Below the pieces are notes generated by a model that made no database searches, had not been told where the DNA came from, and was given only the letters and a program-made list of their open reading frames with translations. Of a stretch of DNA of 64,000 bases, positions 28,419 to 35,884 are shown in pieces; position 1 is the first letter of the stretch; each line of letters opens with the position of its first letter. A program made the position numbers and the translations under genes. The stretch covers positions 5,385 to 69,384 of the forward strand of contig CAYQTO010000004.1 in assembly GCA_964420455.1 (NCBI GenBank). Direction: 5' to 3'. The stretch is from an uncultured Candidatus Sumerlaeota bacterium. Lineage in GTDB: Bacteria; Sumerlaeota; Sumerlaeia; SLMS01.

Positions 28419-29990
28419 ATGCGGGGAAACGTGACGCCCATGATGAGTGATGCCCACAGCCTCGTGCAACGCCCTCCCGACCGGGCAGCGCTGGTTGTCC
28501 TCGGGGCCGACAGCCCCCAGCTCCGTGCCGCCCCCCAGTGGTTCCTTCATCGCCTCGGCATCCGTGCAAAGTTGCCGATCCCGTTGCATGCGGGGCGCCC
28601 CGATGGACTCGGGGCACTTGGCGACCTTGCTTCCGACGTCGATCGCCTTAAATGCCCGATTTCCGATGCGATTGTTGAACTTCAAGGTGAGGGAGATCCA
28701 ACGCAGATAACCGTTCTGGTGCAGGCGCGCCCCTCCGCCGGCGGGACCTTCGACCGACGCGCCGCCGTGGAAATGTTGTTGGACGACGTCACCGATGTCG
28801 TCCGGGAACGCCGCCGTGCCCTTGGCGTGGGGTCCTTCCATGGCCTTGTCGGGCGCTCTTTCGCGATGATCGAGGTTTATCAGAAGATCGCCACCTACGG
28901 CCCCACGGAGGCGCCGATCCTCATCACCGGCGAGACGGGGACGGGAAAGGAACTGGTCGCCCGTGCCCTCCACGAGCGGTCCGCCCGCGCCGGCGGGCCC
29001 TTCGTCGCCGTCAACTGCAGTGCGCTTACTTCGGAACTCTTCGAAAGCGAACTGTTCGGCCACGAAAAGGGATCCTTCACCGGTGCCTATCGCCAGCACA
29101 AGGGGCGCTTCGAGCGGGCTGACGGAGGGACGTTGTTCCTCGACGAAATCGGGGACATGCCGCTGATGAGTCAGGCGAAGATGCTGCGGACTCTTGAGGA
29201 AGGGGTGATCGAGCGAGTCGGCGGCGAGGCCGAGCGCCATGTAGACGTTCGCGTCGTCGCCGCGACCAACGTCGCCCTCGAACAGGCGGTCACCATTCGG
29301 CGTTTTCGCGCAGACCTCTATCACCGCATTTCGGTTCTGCGGGTGCATGTGCCCCCCTTGCGCGAGCGGACCGACGACATCCCCCTGCTGGTCGATCACT
29401 TCCTCGCGACCTTCAACCGTCGCTACAACAAGACCATCCGCCGTGTCACACCCGAGGCGCTGCGGATTCTGTCCGAGTACTACTGGCCGGGTAACATCCG
29501 CGAGTTGCGCAATGTCATCGAGAGACTGGTTGTCGAGGCAAACTCCGACGCGATCGGGGGGCAGGCCTTGCGCGGCTGGCTCCGCGAGCGTGAGTACCTC
29601 ATGCCGGGTGCCTGGAACGCGGATTCCGCCGACACCCCCCGCCGGCCGATTTACACCTCCGGGCCCGATGAGGAAGAACTTGGCCCCGCGCTTTCCGGTT
29701 CACCCCGGTTTGGCAACGCGTTCTGGGGGACTGTCGCCGGGGCCCCGCCGCTGTTCTCCAAACCGGCGGAAATCGGCACCGATCCCGCCACGTCTCCGCG
29801 GACGACCCAGGAGACCAATCCTGAGGAAACCGTCGACCTCACCGTCGAGACAATCCGCACGGCCTATCGCAACGCCTCCGGCAACCTGACGAAGGCCGCC
29901 CGTCTCCTGGGGGTGCACAAGGCGACGCTTTACCGTCATATGAAGCGCCTCGGCCTCACGCGCGAGGCGCTCGAGGAGGAAGCGACGTGA
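28419..29990 (+). CDS. sigma-54-dependent transcriptional activator (bEBP): unassigned N-terminal domain, AAA+ core, long low-complexity linker, Fis-type HTH
   Basis: Walker A GETGTGKELVARALH; sigma-54 contact loop variant GHEKGSFTGA; Walker B GGTLFLDEIGDM; C-terminal HTH NLTKAARLLGVHKATLYRHMKRLGL. The start is uncertain (ATG at 28419, 28440 or 28443). Confidence 0.9.
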   Translation: MRGNVTPMMSDAHSLVQRPPDRAALVVLGADSPQLRAAPQWFLHRLGIRAKLPIPLHAGRPDGLGALGDLASDVDRLKCPISDAIVELQGEGDPTQITVLVQARPSAGGTFDRRAAVEMLLDDVTDVVRERRRALGVGSFHGLVGRSFAMIEVYQKIATYGPTEAPILITGETGTGKELVARALHERSARAGGPFVAVNCSALTSELFESELFGHEKGSFTGAYRQHKGRFERADGGTLFLDEIGDMPLMSQAKMLRTLEEGVIERVGGEAERHVDVRVVAATNVALEQAVTIRRFRADLYHRISVLRVHVPPLRERTDDIPLLVDHFLATFNRRYNKTIRRVTPEALRILSEYYWPGNIRELRNVIERLVVEANSDAIGGQALRGWLREREYLMPGAWNADSADTPRRPIYTSGPDEEELGPALSGSPRFGNAFWGTVAGAPPLFSKPAEIGTDPATSPRTTQETNPEETVDLTVETIRTAYRNASGNLTKAARLLGVHKATLYRHMKRLGLTREALEEEAT

Positions 29991-30316
29991 GCAGCTATTC
30001 GGCGGGGGAGCGTGAGCTGGTTGAATTGCTGGAAAACTCCGCAGGCCAATGGACCCTTGTTCTGCTTGGCGAGCCCTGGCACCCGGGCACCGGCACGATG
30101 TCGCAGCGCCTGCGCGAGCACGGCCGAGCCATGGAGGCGCGTCTCATCGAGCTCCCGCTTGCGTCGTACAGCGACTGGGCGCGCGGGCATGGTGTCGTGG
30201 CCGTACCGACAACGCTGGTCTTTCGAGGACCCCGTCTTGTTGGCCGCATCCCCGGTATTCTTGAGGAGCAGGAGGTCGGAGACATCCTGGCGCGGTTCGC
30301 TCTCGAATCCAGCTGA
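29987..30316 (+). CDS. thioredoxin-fold protein lacking the CxxC active site
   Basis: 109 aa with a GTG start in a GTGA overlap with the activator's stop. WHPGTG replaces WCGPC. The cis-Pro region VVAVPTTLVFRGPRLVGRIPG is conserved. Confidence 0.55.
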   Translation: MSSYSAGERELVELLENSAGQWTLVLLGEPWHPGTGTMSQRLREHGRAMEARLIELPLASYSDWARGHGVVAVPTTLVFRGPRLVGRIPGILEEQEVGDILARFALESS

Positions 30317-30349
30317 GCGAGCCGATCCCCTTCAACTCTCCGCGGAAGC

Positions 30350-30381
30350 AGAAAAGGGGGGCGACATCGCCGCCGCCCCCC
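30350..30381 (-). terminator. intrinsic terminator downstream of the hsp20 pair
   Basis: The minus strand reads GGGGGGCG-gcggcgatgt-CGCCCCCC followed by TTTTCTGCTT. The 8-bp GC stem is at 30356..30363 / 30374..30381. Confidence 0.65.
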
Positions 30382-30412
30382 TCCTCGCGCCACGATCAGG
30401 ATGGCTTGTCTG

Positions 30413-30862
30413 TCAGCTGACTGCGACGGTGATCTTGCGGGGCTTCGCCTCTTCGGCGAAGGGAAGGCTGACGTTGAGGACGCCATTGCGATACGCGGCG
30501 GCGACACGGGACTGGTCGATCTTGCGACCGAGGCGGAACTGGCGGAAATAGCCAACAGGCCGGTGTTCGCGATACAGGTAGTCCTCGTCTACGGTGGCCT
30601 TGGCGGGAGTGCCGCGCAAAGTCAGCACGTCGTTCTCGACCGACAGCTCCACGTGATCCTGCTCAAGGCCGGGCATGTCGGCGGCGATATAGAGACCGTC
30701 TTCCTTCTCATAGATGTCGACGGCGGGGCTGACGTAGCGCTCGGGCTCGTGGGTCTGCTCGGTCCGTTCGGCGATGGCGGTGTTCTGTTCGTTCGTCGTG
30801 GGGACGGTGTTCTCTGGCATGGGTCTGTCTACTTTGGTCGGGTTGATGGTGGAGGGGTTCAT
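30413..30862 (-). CDS. small heat-shock protein (Hsp20/alpha-crystallin family)
   Basis: 149 aa. Alpha-crystallin domain PAVDIYEKEDGLYIAADMPGLEQDHVELSVENDVLTLRG ... NGVLNVSLPF. Confidence 0.9.
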   Translation of the reverse strand: MNPSTINPTKVDRPMPENTVPTTNEQNTAIAERTEQTHEPERYVSPAVDIYEKEDGLYIAADMPGLEQDHVELSVENDVLTLRGTPAKATVDEDYLYREHRPVGYFRQFRLGRKIDQSRVAAAYRNGVLNVSLPFAEEAKPRKITVAVS

Positions 30863-30865
30863 GGT

Positions 30866-31318
30866 TCAGGCGACGGCTACGGTGATCTGGCGGGGCTTGG
30901 CCTTCTCGGCCTTGGACAGGTGAACCCGAAGGACGCCGTTTTTGTACTCGGCGGAGACTTTGGACTCGTCGATTTCGACAGGAAGCGTCAGCGTGCGAAC
31001 GAATTTGCCGGCGGCACGCTCGGAACGATGGACGTTTTCCCGCGCCACCTCCGAGGGGATGCCCGTCTTTTCGCCGCTGATCGTCAGTTGGTTGCGCTCG
31101 ACGCTGACGTCGAGGCTTTCAGGGTTCAGACCCGGAGCGACCGCCTCCACATGGAGAGCGTCGTTATCGCCGGTCATGTTCAGCAGCGGGTAGCTGCGGG
31201 GGTTTTGCCCGGGCAGAAAGCCGAGCGGGTTGCGGGAGCCACGGCGGACCGCGTCGAGGGCACGGTCGATATCGCGGCGGAGGGCGTCGAACTCGGTGAA
31301 GGGATCGAACTGGAACAT
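30866..31318 (-). CDS. small heat-shock protein (Hsp20/alpha-crystallin family)
   Basis: Trimmed to MFQFDPFTEFDALRRDIDR..., with GGAGGA 6 nt upstream. Shows LHVEAVAPGLNPESLDVSVERNQLTISGEK ... NGVLRVHLSK. Lies 3 nt upstream of the second hsp20. Confidence 0.9.
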   Translation of the reverse strand: MFQFDPFTEFDALRRDIDRALDAVRRGSRNPLGFLPGQNPRSYPLLNMTGDNDALHVEAVAPGLNPESLDVSVERNQLTISGEKTGIPSEVARENVHRSERAAGKFVRTLTLPVEIDESKVSAEYKNGVLRVHLSKAEKAKPRQITVAVA

Positions 31319-31377
31319 GGTCGTTCCTCCGGTTGGGGATGCGCCCACTCGGGGCGTTGCAGTCGCCAAAGGAGAAG

Positions 31378-31392
31378 TCAAAATGCCTGCCA
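31378..31392 (-). promoter_or_regulatory. candidate sigma-54 (-24/-12) promoter for the hsp20 operon
   Basis: The minus strand reads TGGCAG-GCATT-TTGA against the consensus TGGCAC-N5-TTGC. Spacing is correct, with two mismatches including the -12 C. It lies 60 nt upstream of the ATG at 31318. Confidence 0.4.
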
Positions 31393-31410
31393 GCACTGGG
31401 GCGGTGATTC

Positions 31411-31486
31411 GCGTCGCAATCGGCTGATAAAGCGTCGCAGAGGAGCGATTCGCACCGCTTCGACGTCGCAGGCGGACGTCGCAATG
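31411..31486. promoter_or_regulatory. array of four CGTCGCA repeats (candidate enhancer/UAS or operator) between divergent promoters
   Basis: The four copies are GCGTCGCAAT (31411), GCGTCGCAGA (31432), TTCGACGTCGCA (31459..31470, an 11/12 palindrome) and GACGTCGCAAT (31476). GATTCGC also occurs twice (31405, 31446). Confidence 0.45.
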
Positions 31487-31533
31487 CCGCCCTGAAGAGC
31501 AACGGAAGGCCCCACCTTCTTTTCAGATGAATA

Positions 31534-31549
31534 TGGCACGCATCTATCT
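31534..31549 (+). promoter_or_regulatory. candidate sigma-54 (-24/-12) promoter for the Zn-metallopeptidase gene
   Basis: TGGCACG-CATC-TATC. The -24 element is perfect and the -12 element is poor (no GC). It lies ~30 nt upstream of the ATG at 31579 and resembles the hsp20 element (TGGCAsGCATyT). Confidence 0.35.
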
Positions 31550-31578
31550 TTAAGGAAGGCAGCCGCAGAAGGCGGCCC

Positions 31579-32277
31579 ATGTCTGATGACGAGGTGACAA
31601 CAGCGATGCTTTACTTTGCCGGTCTTGGAATCCTGCTGATTTTCAGCCTTTGGGCGCAGTGGTCGGTAAAGTCTGCTTACGGCAAGTATTCGAAGATACG
31701 GGGGAGCAGCGGCCTGACAGGAGCAGAGGCGGCCCGGGAAATGTTGAGTCGTGCCGGCATTGCCAATGTTGGAATCGAGGCGACCCGTGGCATGCTGACG
31801 GACCACTACGACCCTCGCAAGAAGGTCATCCGCCTTTCGGAGGGCGTCTACAACTCGTCGAGCCTCGCCGCGGTTGGAATCGCCTGCCACGAGGCGGGAC
31901 ACGCGGTGCAGGACGCCCGCAACTATACTCCGCTCGTGATCCGCAACGCCGCGGTACCGATGGCGAGCTTCGGCTCGAACACCGCCTTCATCCTGATTTT
32001 CGTCGGCCTGCTGTTGAACTCGCTCGGGATGGCGGTGATCGGCCTCGTGCTGTTTGCAGGCGTGGTGTTCTTCCAGTTGGTAAACCTGCCGGTGGAGTTC
32101 AACGCTTCGGCGCGCGCCAAGGAAGCCCTGGTAAATTACGGGATCGTATCGCCCGGTCGGGAAGCCGAAGGCGTCTCGAGCGTGCTGAACGCCGCCGCGA
32201 TGACTTACGTTGCCGCGACCGCGACCGCGGTGTTCCAGCTCCTGTACTTTCTCATGATCGTTCTCAACCGGCGCTGA
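31579..32277 (+). CDS. membrane zinc metallopeptidase (YugP / Zn_peptidase_2 family)
   Basis: 232 aa. N-terminal TM segment, HEAGHAVQ zinc motif, C-terminal TM segments. Matches the pattern LWAQWSVKSAYGKYSKI...LTGAEAAREML typical of YugP-like proteins. Confidence 0.8.
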   Translation: MSDDEVTTAMLYFAGLGILLIFSLWAQWSVKSAYGKYSKIRGSSGLTGAEAAREMLSRAGIANVGIEATRGMLTDHYDPRKKVIRLSEGVYNSSSLAAVGIACHEAGHAVQDARNYTPLVIRNAAVPMASFGSNTAFILIFVGLLLNSLGMAVIGLVLFAGVVFFQLVNLPVEFNASARAKEALVNYGIVSPGREAEGVSSVLNAAAMTYVAATATAVFQLLYFLMIVLNRR

Positions 32278-32295
32278 AGCGGGGTGGATCGCACC

Positions 32296-32324
32296 TTGAC
32301 AGACACCCGGCTTCCTGACTGAAT
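32296..32324 (+). promoter_or_regulatory. candidate sigma-70-type promoter (TTGACA-17 nt-CTGAAT)
   Basis: Perfect -35 TTGACA at 32296..32301, a 17-nt spacer, and a -10-like CTGAAT at 32319..32324 (4/6 to TATAAT). Confidence 0.35.
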
Positions 32325-32462
32325 CGAATCTGCATCAGGAGCGAGCCCCCTCAACCGGGGCTCCGGCAACCGGACGAGGCAACACGGTGCCAAGGGCATT
32401 TTGCCCGATGTGCGGAGGCAACACCTCCGAATCGCCTCCCTCCCGCCGCCCAAGATCGCTCG

Positions 32463-32492
32463 CCCCGATGCGCCATTCATCGGGGCATTTTT
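32463..32492 (+). terminator. intrinsic terminator/attenuator hairpin 30 nt upstream of the next start codon
   Basis: CCCCGATG-cgccatt-CATCGGGG (8-bp stem) followed by CATTTTT. Confidence 0.6.
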
Positions 32493-32523
32493 AGTGGCCT
32501 CGAGTGCAAGAAGGTGATGTAAG

Positions 32524-33309
32524 TTGCAAATGCCACGAGATCTCTCCTTCGAGGGGACTCCGTTCCTCGTGAACGACGGGGGGCCACTCAGTGACGACGT
32601 TATTCTGCTGCCCAGTGGATTTGGTCGGGAGGTCCTGCTGGAGGTTGCTCGCCGCCGGGCCACCGCGTGCGGAGACGACGTTTTCCTCCACACCGGTGGG
32701 GAACGGCTCCGTGTCTCCCCCAATCCGGCCCTTCCTCCTCAGGCGACGACGGACTTCCGCGAGAAGGCTTACTACGCCGTCTTGCCGACAAGCATCGCCG
32801 GCGTGACGGAGACGGACGAGGTGTGGGACCGAGCCCGTTATTTCACCGCCTGGCACGCCGCGGAAAAAGGATTCGAGCCGTTTGTCAAGGGGTCCTGGGA
32901 CCCGCGCTGGCACCGGCTGTGCGGCCCCTCGGAGGTCACGCGATTCCTCCGGGCGGGGCACCGCAGCGCCCTGCGCAACGGTTTGCTCGCCGCCCCCGAT
33001 GGGGCGCCGGAAATGTACCGCCGCCTCTCGTGGTACCGCTCGATGCAGACAGCGTGGGAAGGTGGATGGCTCCGGACCGACTGGCGCGCCTGGCTCGCGG
33101 ACGTGGCCTGTGACGGGGCGCTGGTTCCCGAGGACGTCCGCCGCGTTGTCGGCCGGATTCACTCGGAGGAAACCGCCAAGTCCGGCACCAGCCCCATGAC
33201 CTACGGTCAGGCCCTCGAACTCCAACTGCCACACCTGTTCGATCGTCTGGACCGTCGGGCTCTCGACGCCGGCACCCGCGAGGCCTTCCTCGCCTTCCAC
33301 GTGGCCTGA
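32524..33309 (+). CDS. hypothetical protein (Trp/Arg-rich, no family recognised)
   Basis: 261-aa ORF (TTG at 32524 or ATG at 32530). Its composition is more protein-like than the competing antisense ORF 32491..33402. Confidence 0.4.
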   Translation: MQMPRDLSFEGTPFLVNDGGPLSDDVILLPSGFGREVLLEVARRRATACGDDVFLHTGGERLRVSPNPALPPQATTDFREKAYYAVLPTSIAGVTETDEVWDRARYFTAWHAAEKGFEPFVKGSWDPRWHRLCGPSEVTRFLRAGHRSALRNGLLAAPDGAPEMYRRLSWYRSMQTAWEGGWLRTDWRAWLADVACDGALVPEDVRRVVGRIHSEETAKSGTSPMTYGQALELQLPHLFDRLDRRALDAGTREAFLAFHVA

Positions 33310-33415
33310 CCCCGCCAGCGGCATCTCCCCGCTTGCGTTCCCCGGTGGCCGTCGCCATACACCGCCGCTCATTCGGCGGGCCACCCGCCACGCCCGCGAC
33401 AAAAGGACATCACCC

Positions 33416-35533
33416 GTGACCCAGGCTGTTACCGATTCGATCCCACTCGAGCACGCCCGCCGTTCCGCGCTGTGCGGTCAGGTCCGCGCCGCCCACATCG
33501 GCCAGGAACTGGTCCTCAAGGGATGGGTCCACCGACGCCGCGACCATGGCCGGCTCATGTTCATTGACCTCCGCGACCGCGAAGGCCTCATGCAGATTCG
33601 GATCAATCCCGATAGCCTGGAGAACGACCAGAAGGTCGGGGTGGATGCCACCCTCCGCTGGAGTGCCCCCGCGCCGGACCTCCTCGCGAAGATCCGCCAA
33701 TTCTCCCATCCCGGGTTCGAGCTGACCGCCCTTGTCCAGGGAGACATCAATCTTTGGCCTGACGGGCGCGACCCCAAGGAGGGTGCCGAGGAGTACCGTG
33801 CGCGCTTCCTCGCGATCGACGAGGCGCGAAACGTCAACGAAGGGGACCGCGACGGCGTTGCCGCAGCCCTCCGTTCCGCCGGCTTCACCGTTGAGGCGCT
33901 GCATTTCGTTTCCCAGACCCACCACATCCGCGAGGAATACGTGCTCGCCGTTCGTGGCACCGTCGAGCGTCGCCCCGACGGCATGGAGAACGACAAGCTC
34001 CCGACCGGCGAGACGGAGATGGCCGCCACGGAGATCCGCATCCTCAACACCTGCGACCCGCTCCCCTTCCGTATAGACGAGCACTGGAAGACAAACGAGG
34101 AGCTCCGCCTGCGTTACCGGTACCTTGATCTTCGGCGACCCGAGCTCCAGCGCAACTTCCTCATGCGCGACCGACTGTACAAAGCCACGCGGGACTACCT
34201 CGTCTCGCGCGGTTTCGTCGAGGTCGAAACGCCCATCCTCGCCAAGCCCACGCCCGAGGGAGCCCGCGATTTCCTCATCCCCTCCCGTCTCCATCCGGGC
34301 CTGAACTACGCGCTCCCCCAGTCGCCCCAGCTCTTCAAGCAGATCCTCATGGTGAGCGGCTTCGACCGTTACTTCCAGGTCGCCCGCTGCTTTCGCGACG
34401 AGGCCCTGCGGGCCAATCGCCAACCCGAGTTCACCCAGGTCGACATCGAGATGAGCTTCGTCACCGTCGACGACGTCATCGAGGAAATGGAGGGGCTGGC
34501 GGCTGCAATGTGGATGGGCACGCTCGGGATCGAGCTTCCCCGGCCTTTTGACCGCCTTCCGTACCGGGAGGCCGTGGAACGCTATGGCAGCGACAAGCCC
34601 GACCGCCGCTTCGCCATGGAACTCACTGATTTCACCGAGACCATCCGCAACCGCACCGAGTTCGGTGTGTTCAATACCATCCTTGGGAAGGGCGGCGCCA
34701 TCGTCGGCCTCGTCCACAAGGGCGGCGCGGACAAGTATAGCAACACCGAGCTGAAGCCGGACGGTGACTTCCAGAAACGTGCGTCACGCACGACCGAGTG
34801 CCGGGGCGTGGCCTGGTTCCGTGTCGGGGTCGACGGCAGCCTGGAATCGAGCATCGCCAAGTTCTTCACTGCCGAGGCCCTCGCGGATGTGCGCGCCCGT
34901 GCCGGAGCGGAGCCGGGGGACATGATCTTTCTGATCGCCGATGTGAAGCGGGCCCGGGCCCTCGACATGGCCGGCCGCCTCCGCCTCATGATCGCCCGGG
35001 AAAACGATCTCATCCCGCAGGGCGTCTTCAACTTCTGCTGGGTCGTGGACTTCCCCCTGTTCGAGTACAACGACGACGAGAAGCGTTGGGAACCGGCCCA
35101 CCACCCCTTCACCTCGCCGCACCCCGAGGACTTCGACAAGATCGAGTCGGACCCCGGCAATGTGCGATCGCTCGCCTACGACCTCGCGCTCAACGGCGAG
35201 GAGGCCGCCGGGGGCTCCATCCGTATCCATCGCCCCGAGCTCCAGTCGCGCCTCTTCAAGGCGATCGGTATCGACGAGCAGGAGGCGCGCGAGAAGTTCG
35301 GTTTCCTCCTCGACGCGTTACGCCTCGGTGCGCCCCCCCACGGCGGCATCGCCTTTGGCTTCGACCGCACCCTCATGTCCATCCTCAACGTTGATTCCAT
35401 CCGCGAGGTCATCGCCTTCCCCAAGACCCAGCAAGGCACCTGCCTCATGAGCGGCGCCCCGGGAGAAGTCACCGACGAACAACTGAAGGAGCTCCACATC
35501 AAGAGCCTTGCAAAGAACGAGAAGGGTTCCTAG
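33416..35533 (+). CDS. aspS: aspartate--tRNA ligase (bacterial type with GAD insertion domain) carrying an extra ~90-aa insertion in the N-terminal OB-fold domain
   Basis: 705 aa with a GTG start. Class II motifs: FRIDEHWKTNEELRLRYRYLDLRR, SPQLFKQILMVSGFDRYFQVARCFRDE, HHPFTSP, GGSIRIH, PPHGGIAFGFDR. Confidence 0.9.
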   Translation: MTQAVTDSIPLEHARRSALCGQVRAAHIGQELVLKGWVHRRRDHGRLMFIDLRDREGLMQIRINPDSLENDQKVGVDATLRWSAPAPDLLAKIRQFSHPGFELTALVQGDINLWPDGRDPKEGAEEYRARFLAIDEARNVNEGDRDGVAAALRSAGFTVEALHFVSQTHHIREEYVLAVRGTVERRPDGMENDKLPTGETEMAATEIRILNTCDPLPFRIDEHWKTNEELRLRYRYLDLRRPELQRNFLMRDRLYKATRDYLVSRGFVEVETPILAKPTPEGARDFLIPSRLHPGLNYALPQSPQLFKQILMVSGFDRYFQVARCFRDEALRANRQPEFTQVDIEMSFVTVDDVIEEMEGLAAAMWMGTLGIELPRPFDRLPYREAVERYGSDKPDRRFAMELTDFTETIRNRTEFGVFNTILGKGGAIVGLVHKGGADKYSNTELKPDGDFQKRASRTTECRGVAWFRVGVDGSLESSIAKFFTAEALADVRARAGAEPGDMIFLIADVKRARALDMAGRLRLMIARENDLIPQGVFNFCWVVDFPLFEYNDDEKRWEPAHHPFTSPHPEDFDKIESDPGNVRSLAYDLALNGEEAAGGSIRIHRPELQSRLFKAIGIDEQEAREKFGFLLDALRLGAPPHGGIAFGFDRTLMSILNVDSIREVIAFPKTQQGTCLMSGAPGEVTDEQLKELHIKSLAKNEKGS

Positions 35534-35587
35534 TTTATCTCTGCCGTCAGCCATTGCCGCGGCGGACACCTGTGGAAGAAAAGCCCC

Positions 35588-35878
35588 TTGTCCGACGACG
35601 TTTTCAACGACCGGGAGTTCGTAAAGGCGAACCTTCCCCTGCCCGGAGTGATTGAGTACAGCTTTGTGGGCGACAGCAGCCCGGCCTACCACGCGCGCCT
35701 CGAGGAAATCCTCCAGCGCGTGGCCGGCGAGGAAAACATCCGCCGCCGCAGTTACCGCGAGTCATCCGGTGGGTCCTACATGGCCTATCGCTTCAAGGTC
35801 TTTCACATGACCTTTGAGGATGTGGAGCAGGTCTATCGCGAGGTCTGCGCCCTCCCCGGCACGCGGTTCGTCATCTAG
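35588..35878 (+). CDS. DUF493 (YbeD-like) small protein
   Basis: 96 aa with a TTG start. Pattern FPLPGVIEYSFVG...GSYMAYRFKVFHMTFEDVEQVYREV resembles the YbeD family. Confidence 0.55.
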   Translation: MSDDVFNDREFVKANLPLPGVIEYSFVGDSSPAYHARLEEILQRVAGEENIRRRSYRESSGGSYMAYRFKVFHMTFEDVEQVYREVCALPGTRFVI

Positions 35879-35884
35879 TCCACC

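Noticed and set aside
32408-32494. A 28-codon ORF (MCGGNTSESPPSRRPRSLAPMRHSSGHF) ending inside the terminator T-run, considered as a possible leader peptide.
   Set aside because: It has no Shine-Dalgarno sequence and no run of regulatory codons. The RNA-structure explanation for the leader is simpler. It is noted only as an alternative.
32491-33402. A 303-aa minus-strand ORF competing with the 261-aa plus-strand hypothetical gene.
   Set aside because: It is Arg/Gly/Pro-rich shadow-type sequence. The plus-strand ORF has balanced composition and is preceded by a promoter, leader and terminator arrangement and an RBS-like GAAGGTGA.
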